Shown here: in pieces, positions 59,750 to 64,000 of the stretch | Numbering within the stretch: position 1 is the stretch's first letter | Layout of the letters: each line of letters starts with the position of its first letter | Source of the DNA: Anditalea sp. | GTDB lineage: Bacteria > Bacteroidota > Bacteroidia > Cytophagales > Cyclobacteriaceae | Length of the DNA stretch: 64,000 bases | Reading direction: 5' to 3' | Assembly (NCBI GenBank): GCA_035461405.1 | Contig: DATHVH010000323.1 | Location: forward strand, 1,626 to 65,625 | The notes under the pieces: model-generated | The model's input: the letters and a program-made list of their open reading frames with translations, nothing else | The model's database searches: none | Told to the model about the DNA's origin: nothing | Made by a program: the position numbers and the translations under genes

Positions 59750-61324
59750 ATGAAACAACTTCCATTTCTTCTAATAGGGTTTCTAATTACTACTATAACA
59801 TTTGGACAATCCAATACCTATACGTGGGGCGGGCCAATAGATCCACTGCAGGCACGATATGAAGTGGAGAGATACACTTTATCATTAGAATTCTTTCCGG
59901 AAACTCAGGAAATTCACGGTTCAAATCTGGTAAAAATTAACTGTGAAGGCAGATTGGATACTTTAAGGCTCAATCTCATCAATGAGTATAAAGTAAAGAA
60001 AGTTGAAATTTACGATGAAGAAGTGAAATTCTCTCATGCCAATGATTTACTTGATATTTACATCCCGGATGGATGTGCCACTGAAGCTAAAATTTACTAT
60101 GGGGGCAAAACCCCTATTGCAACTAACCCGCCCTGGTCTGGAGGATTTACCTGGGAGAAAGATGAAAATGACAACTATTGGATGGGACTATCATCCCAAA
60201 ATGAAGGTGCGAAAATTTTTATGCCTGCCAAGGACCACCCTTCCAGTGAACCTTCTATGGGCGTAGACCTTTACTTGACAGCCCCTTCACCCTATTTTAT
60301 AGCTTCAAATGGCAGGTTGGCCAAAACTGAGAAAACAGAAAATAAAATTACCTACCACTGGACTACCAATTATCCTATAAACAATTATAATATAAATTTT
60401 ACTCTTGGAATATTCCATAAAGAAGAGAAGGAATACTTTTCAATTGAGGGTAATGCTATACCAATGATGGTGTATGTATTGGAAGAAAATAATGATAAAG
60501 CTCCATTATTATTAAGTGTATTGGAAAACAGTACGAAAACACATGAATATTATTTCGGGGAATTCCCATTTCCAGAGGATAAAATAGCAGTAGTCGAAAC
60601 CCCATACTTGGGCATGGAGCACCAGACTATAAATGGATATGGCAATAATTTTCAATTTGTAAGAATGGGTGACACATGGTACGATTGGTTGCTTCACCAT
60701 GAACTTGGCCATGAATGGTGGGGAAATAAAGTTAGCGTAAATGACTGGGCCCACTTTTGGATTCATGAAGGTCTTACCGCCTATGGAGACTGGCTCTATT
60801 TCTTAAAACACGATGGAGAAAAGGCATATAGGGAAAAGGCCAGATCTGAAAAACGAAACATTCACCACCAGCAAGCTATAGTAGCACCTGATCATGCCAC
60901 TGCTGAAGAAGCTTATCATGGAGAAATATATACTAAAGGCGCCTATATCATTCATTCTCTAAGATTTTTATTAGGTGATGAGGTGTTTTTTCCTATGCTT
61001 AAGGCTATGGCAAATGATGAGCGGTTTATATATCAAAATAGAGTCACTACTGCTGACCTAATCGATTTTGTAAAAAATTATAGCAATAAGGATCTTAAAG
61101 AATTTTTTAACCTTTATCTATACACTATAGATATACCTGAAATTAAAATCAATAAAAAAAGTAGAGGCAGATATGATATTAGGATGACCCATATCAGCCT
61201 ACCTGTAGAGATAGAAACTTCAGATGGAATAAAAAAACACACTTTGTCCGATAAACCAACCACTATAAAAAGTGAAACTGTACCCGTAATTGATCCAAAT
61301 GATTGGTATTTACTTAAGAAATAG
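59750..61324 (+). CDS. M1 family aminopeptidase, exported
   Basis: LGMEH, HELGHEWWG...WIHEG, YTKGA; start placed at MKQLP (59750). Confidence 0.9.
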   Translation: MKQLPFLLIGFLITTITFGQSNTYTWGGPIDPLQARYEVERYTLSLEFFPETQEIHGSNLVKINCEGRLDTLRLNLINEYKVKKVEIYDEEVKFSHANDLLDIYIPDGCATEAKIYYGGKTPIATNPPWSGGFTWEKDENDNYWMGLSSQNEGAKIFMPAKDHPSSEPSMGVDLYLTAPSPYFIASNGRLAKTEKTENKITYHWTTNYPINNYNINFTLGIFHKEEKEYFSIEGNAIPMMVYVLEENNDKAPLLLSVLENSTKTHEYYFGEFPFPEDKIAVVETPYLGMEHQTINGYGNNFQFVRMGDTWYDWLLHHELGHEWWGNKVSVNDWAHFWIHEGLTAYGDWLYFLKHDGEKAYREKARSEKRNIHHQQAIVAPDHATAEEAYHGEIYTKGAYIIHSLRFLLGDEVFFPMLKAMANDERFIYQNRVTTADLIDFVKNYSNKDLKEFFNLYLYTIDIPEIKINKKSRGRYDIRMTHISLPVEIETSDGIKKHTLSDKPTTIKSETVPVIDPNDWYLLKK

Positions 61325-61326
61325 GA

Positions 61327-61545
61327 TTACCTAATAGATAACTCGTCCTCTTCGATAGGCAGATCGATGCCCGGTGGAAGATCTAATACCGGATCATTGT
61401 CCTCCCCTTCGTCTCCATCATCACCCTTATCATCATCATCTCCATAGCCACCTTTGCTTATCAGCATGATGACTCTGATGACCATGATGCCACAGATGAT
61501 TATAAGCACAAAATAATCTGGATGTAAAATTAAATATTCCCTCAT
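61327..61545 (-). CDS. Small membrane protein with acidic tail
   Basis: One TM helix, DDDDKGDDGDEGED tract, LDLPPG motif. Confidence 0.65.
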   Translation of the reverse strand: MREYLILHPDYFVLIIICGIMVIRVIMLISKGGYGDDDDKGDDGDEGEDNDPVLDLPPGIDLPIEEDELSIR

Positions 61546-61763
61546 GACCTACCTTTCCACATGACTCTTTTTTGGCATGAAATAAAACATAAATTATACC
61601 AAGTGAAGCTAAAGCAATATAAAAAAATATCAGGAAAATTTCAGCACTTTTTCGCTTAAAATATCAAGAAGAACTAGGGTATAAGGACCATGAAGAACTT
61701 ATAAAAATCTATAAAATTAAAAGTAAAAAGGAGCAAACTTTGTCTGCTCCTTAAATTTAATAA

Positions 61764-63032
61764 TTATCCCGCCTGTCTGGCATAATCTTCTACTGCATTC
61801 CAAACTCTAAAAATATTCCCGCTGCAGATTTTTTCTATATCTGACTTTTTATATCCTCGTTTAAGTAATTCTGCTATCAGATTTGGATACATGGATACAT
61901 CTTTCAGACCTGTGGGCAAAGAGTCCCCCACTCCATCATAATCCGAACCCAGACCTACATATTCAATGCCTGCAATAGATACTACATGGTCTATATGATC
62001 CGCTACTTTAGTGACATCAGGAAAGGGATTATGCTTAGCGGTATATTCACTAATGTAAGCTCTGGCCTCAGGATCACTTCTACTTAAATCATTTTCTGCT
62101 AGCCAGTTGACCATATGTTCACGTACTTCGCTGGTTTTTTGCTGATAATCACCATCAATAAAACTCCCCCCAAAATTTATCATGATGACTCCTTTGTTTT
62201 CTGCCAGCTTTCTGATCATATCATCATCCATATTACGTTCAAAACCTGGAGTGAATTTCCTTGCTGAAGAATGAGAGGCTATTACCGGAACAGAAGTGAT
62301 TTCCAAAACATCATAAAAAGTATTATCTGACACGTGAGAGATATCCACCATTATCCCTATACGGTTCATCTCCAATACTACTTCTTCTCCATACTCGCTT
62401 AGCCCACCATGGGTGGCTGCATCATCATAAGAAGAATCACCTATAAGGTTATCTTTGCCATGGGTTAAAGTGATGTACCGGATGCCCTGGTCATAATAAT
62501 ACTTAACATTGGCAATATCACTTTCTAGAGGAGCACCGTTTTCCATCCCCATAGGCAGAGATATCAACCCTTTTTCAAAATTTCTTTTTATATCATCGGG
62601 GGAATAAGCCATGGCAAATTTGTCTGGCCATGAATGGGCAATTCTTTCAGTCATTTTGATAAGGGAGTCGGCAAAGACTTTCGCTCCACCGTTTTCCTGA
62701 TAGCTGGCAGGAATATATATGGACATAAAAGGTGCATCTAGTCCACCCTCTTTGGCTCGAGGATAGTCAAAATTTCCCCCATCAGTTCTCTCTGAGACAT
62801 CCAGCATTTCCCGCTGAAGGGTAAACCCGCCTACTTTCATTCTATAAGGCAGATCCACATGGCCATCCACCATAATAAATTCCTGCGCCATCTTTTTTGC
62901 AGCCTCTAACCTTTCTGCATCTGACATATTTTTATAGTCTTCTTCCTGATCTGCAGGCGCTTGAGAGCAACCAAGTAAAAGACCAAAAACCATAAAGGCA
63001 CTTATTAAACTATTGATTTTATTAGATATCAT
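61764..63032 (-). CDS. Membrane dipeptidase (peptidase M19), lipoprotein
   Basis: LLGC lipobox, VDGHVD, GMENG, DISH, ASHS, GLGSDYDG; start placed at MISNK (63032). Confidence 0.9.
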   Translation of the reverse strand: MISNKINSLISAFMVFGLLLGCSQAPADQEEDYKNMSDAERLEAAKKMAQEFIMVDGHVDLPYRMKVGGFTLQREMLDVSERTDGGNFDYPRAKEGGLDAPFMSIYIPASYQENGGAKVFADSLIKMTERIAHSWPDKFAMAYSPDDIKRNFEKGLISLPMGMENGAPLESDIANVKYYYDQGIRYITLTHGKDNLIGDSSYDDAATHGGLSEYGEEVVLEMNRIGIMVDISHVSDNTFYDVLEITSVPVIASHSSARKFTPGFERNMDDDMIRKLAENKGVIMINFGGSFIDGDYQQKTSEVREHMVNWLAENDLSRSDPEARAYISEYTAKHNPFPDVTKVADHIDHVVSIAGIEYVGLGSDYDGVGDSLPTGLKDVSMYPNLIAELLKRGYKKSDIEKICSGNIFRVWNAVEDYARQAG

Positions 63033-63229
63033 ATTAAATGTGTTGAAAATTTTAAGGTTCTTATAAAAAAATTCAATATAAAACATACCAACTTCATAAG
63101 GAAATAAAAATTTATAAGCGGTTGATCCCTAGTCTTCAAACTAATCATTAATACCCTTTTAAACCATTAAGATGGATTATGAAAAAGAATTAAGTATCTT
63201 AGTATATATACACCATACATTTTAAACCT

Positions 63230-64000
63230 ATGAAAATGACAGACAAATTTATTCCTTTTAGTCTTATGGCTATAATCTTTACTTTCACCTATTGTAGCCA
63301 AAAAGAAACTGGCAAATCTGAAATTTTAGCAGAGGAAGACAATCCCTCTTTGACCTTTTTATGGGAAACAAAAGATACGCTCACTACATGTGAATCAGTC
63401 TTATATGATAAAAATTCAGATCAGATATTTGTATCAAATATTGAAGGAGATGGCACAGAAAAGGATGGAGTAGGGTCTATTTCTATTATAGATAAAGAAG
63501 GAAATATAGTGAACAGGAATTGGGTGCAAGGTCTTAATGCACCTAAGGGTATGGCTATAAAAGACGGTTCATTATTCGTGACTGATATAGACGAACTTTT
63601 AGAAATTGACATAGCTACTGCTGCTGTAGTGAAAAGATATCCAGTTCAGGGTGCGGAATTTTTAAATGATGCTGCTACTGACGGGAATCACATTTACTTC
63701 TCAGATATGAGAAAGGGGAAAATCCATAAAATAGAAGACGGACAGGTAGTAACAATAGCAGAAAATCAAACCAACATAAATGGACTGCAATTTAATAATG
63801 ATGGAGTTATGTTTGGTCTGGATGGAGAGGGATTAAAAAAATATGATAAGGATGGCGGTTTTGAAATAATCAATGCTAACGTTACAGGGGGTGATGGTCT
63901 TGAATATCTCGAAGGTCAAAAATGGCTTGCAAGTAGATGGCAAGGTGAGGTTTATGTAATAGATGGAGAGCAAGAGCATAAAATACTGGATACTAAAGAG
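63230..64000 (+). CDS. Partial (3'-truncated by window) SMP-30/gluconolactonase-like beta-propeller lipoprotein
   Basis: Translated by hand: MKMTDKF...TYC lipobox, LWET...CESVLYD, FVSNIEG...KDG, WVQGLNAPKGM, FLND; reads open to the window end; missing from the ORF track. Confidence 0.75.
   Translation, partial: MKMTDKFIPFSLMAIIFTFTYCSQKETGKSEILAEEDNPSLTFLWETKDTLTTCESVLYDKNSDQIFVSNIEGDGTEKDGVGSISIIDKEGNIVNRNWVQGLNAPKGMAIKDGSLFVTDIDELLEIDIATAAVVKRYPVQGAEFLNDAATDGNHIYFSDMRKGKIHKIEDGQVVTIAENQTNINGLQFNNDGVMFGLDGEGLKKYDKDGGFEIINANVTGGDGLEYLEGQKWLASRWQGEVYVIDGEQEHKILDTKE

Noticed and set aside
61549-61590. In-frame mini-ORF (MFYFMPKKSHVER, TAG) just upstream of the 72-aa membrane protein, suggesting readthrough
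   Set aside because: The downstream ATG already gives a complete protein; no evidence for recoding
63421-63612. 63-aa minus-strand ORF in the track
   Set aside because: Antisense to the real plus-strand beta-propeller gene starting at 63230
1-64000. CRISPR arrays, tRNA/rRNA genes, integrases, prophage or defense genes
   Set aside because: No regularly spaced repeats, cloverleaf structures, or transposase, integrase or phage motifs found by eye

Overview
AT-rich chromosomal window from a Bacteroidota organism. The assignment rests on the SusC/SusD pair, the hybrid two-component system, TAnnTTTG-type -7 promoter elements and A-rich translation starts without Shine-Dalgarno; a Cytophagales-like host is only an inference. 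No rRNA, tRNA, CRISPR array or intact mobile element is seen. Main blocks in order: (1) a cytoplasmic 12-PAS + GAF histidine kinase with two receiver proteins; (2) purU, a SnoaL-like protein, a stand-alone RtcB RNA ligase, USP + Kef-type antiporter and gdhA; (3) a minus-strand sulfane-sulfur cluster (exported rhodanese, thioredoxin, persulfide dioxygenase-rhodanese fusion, OprD-like porin, split YeeE pair) with three equally spaced CRP/FNR-type boxes; (4) a TolC-MFP-RND efflux operon; (5) scattered detox genes; (6) a cellulose/beta-glucan PUL (HTCS, GH5, SusC, SusD, SGBP, VCBS/ASPIC lipoprotein, GH9) with a conserved 22-bp-period operator; (7) convergent CFA-synthase-like and desaturase genes; (8) peptidases. 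Two small ORFs (26 aa and 58 aa) and a partial 3' gene missing from the ORF track were found by reading the sequence. All product calls come from motif recognition, not database searches.
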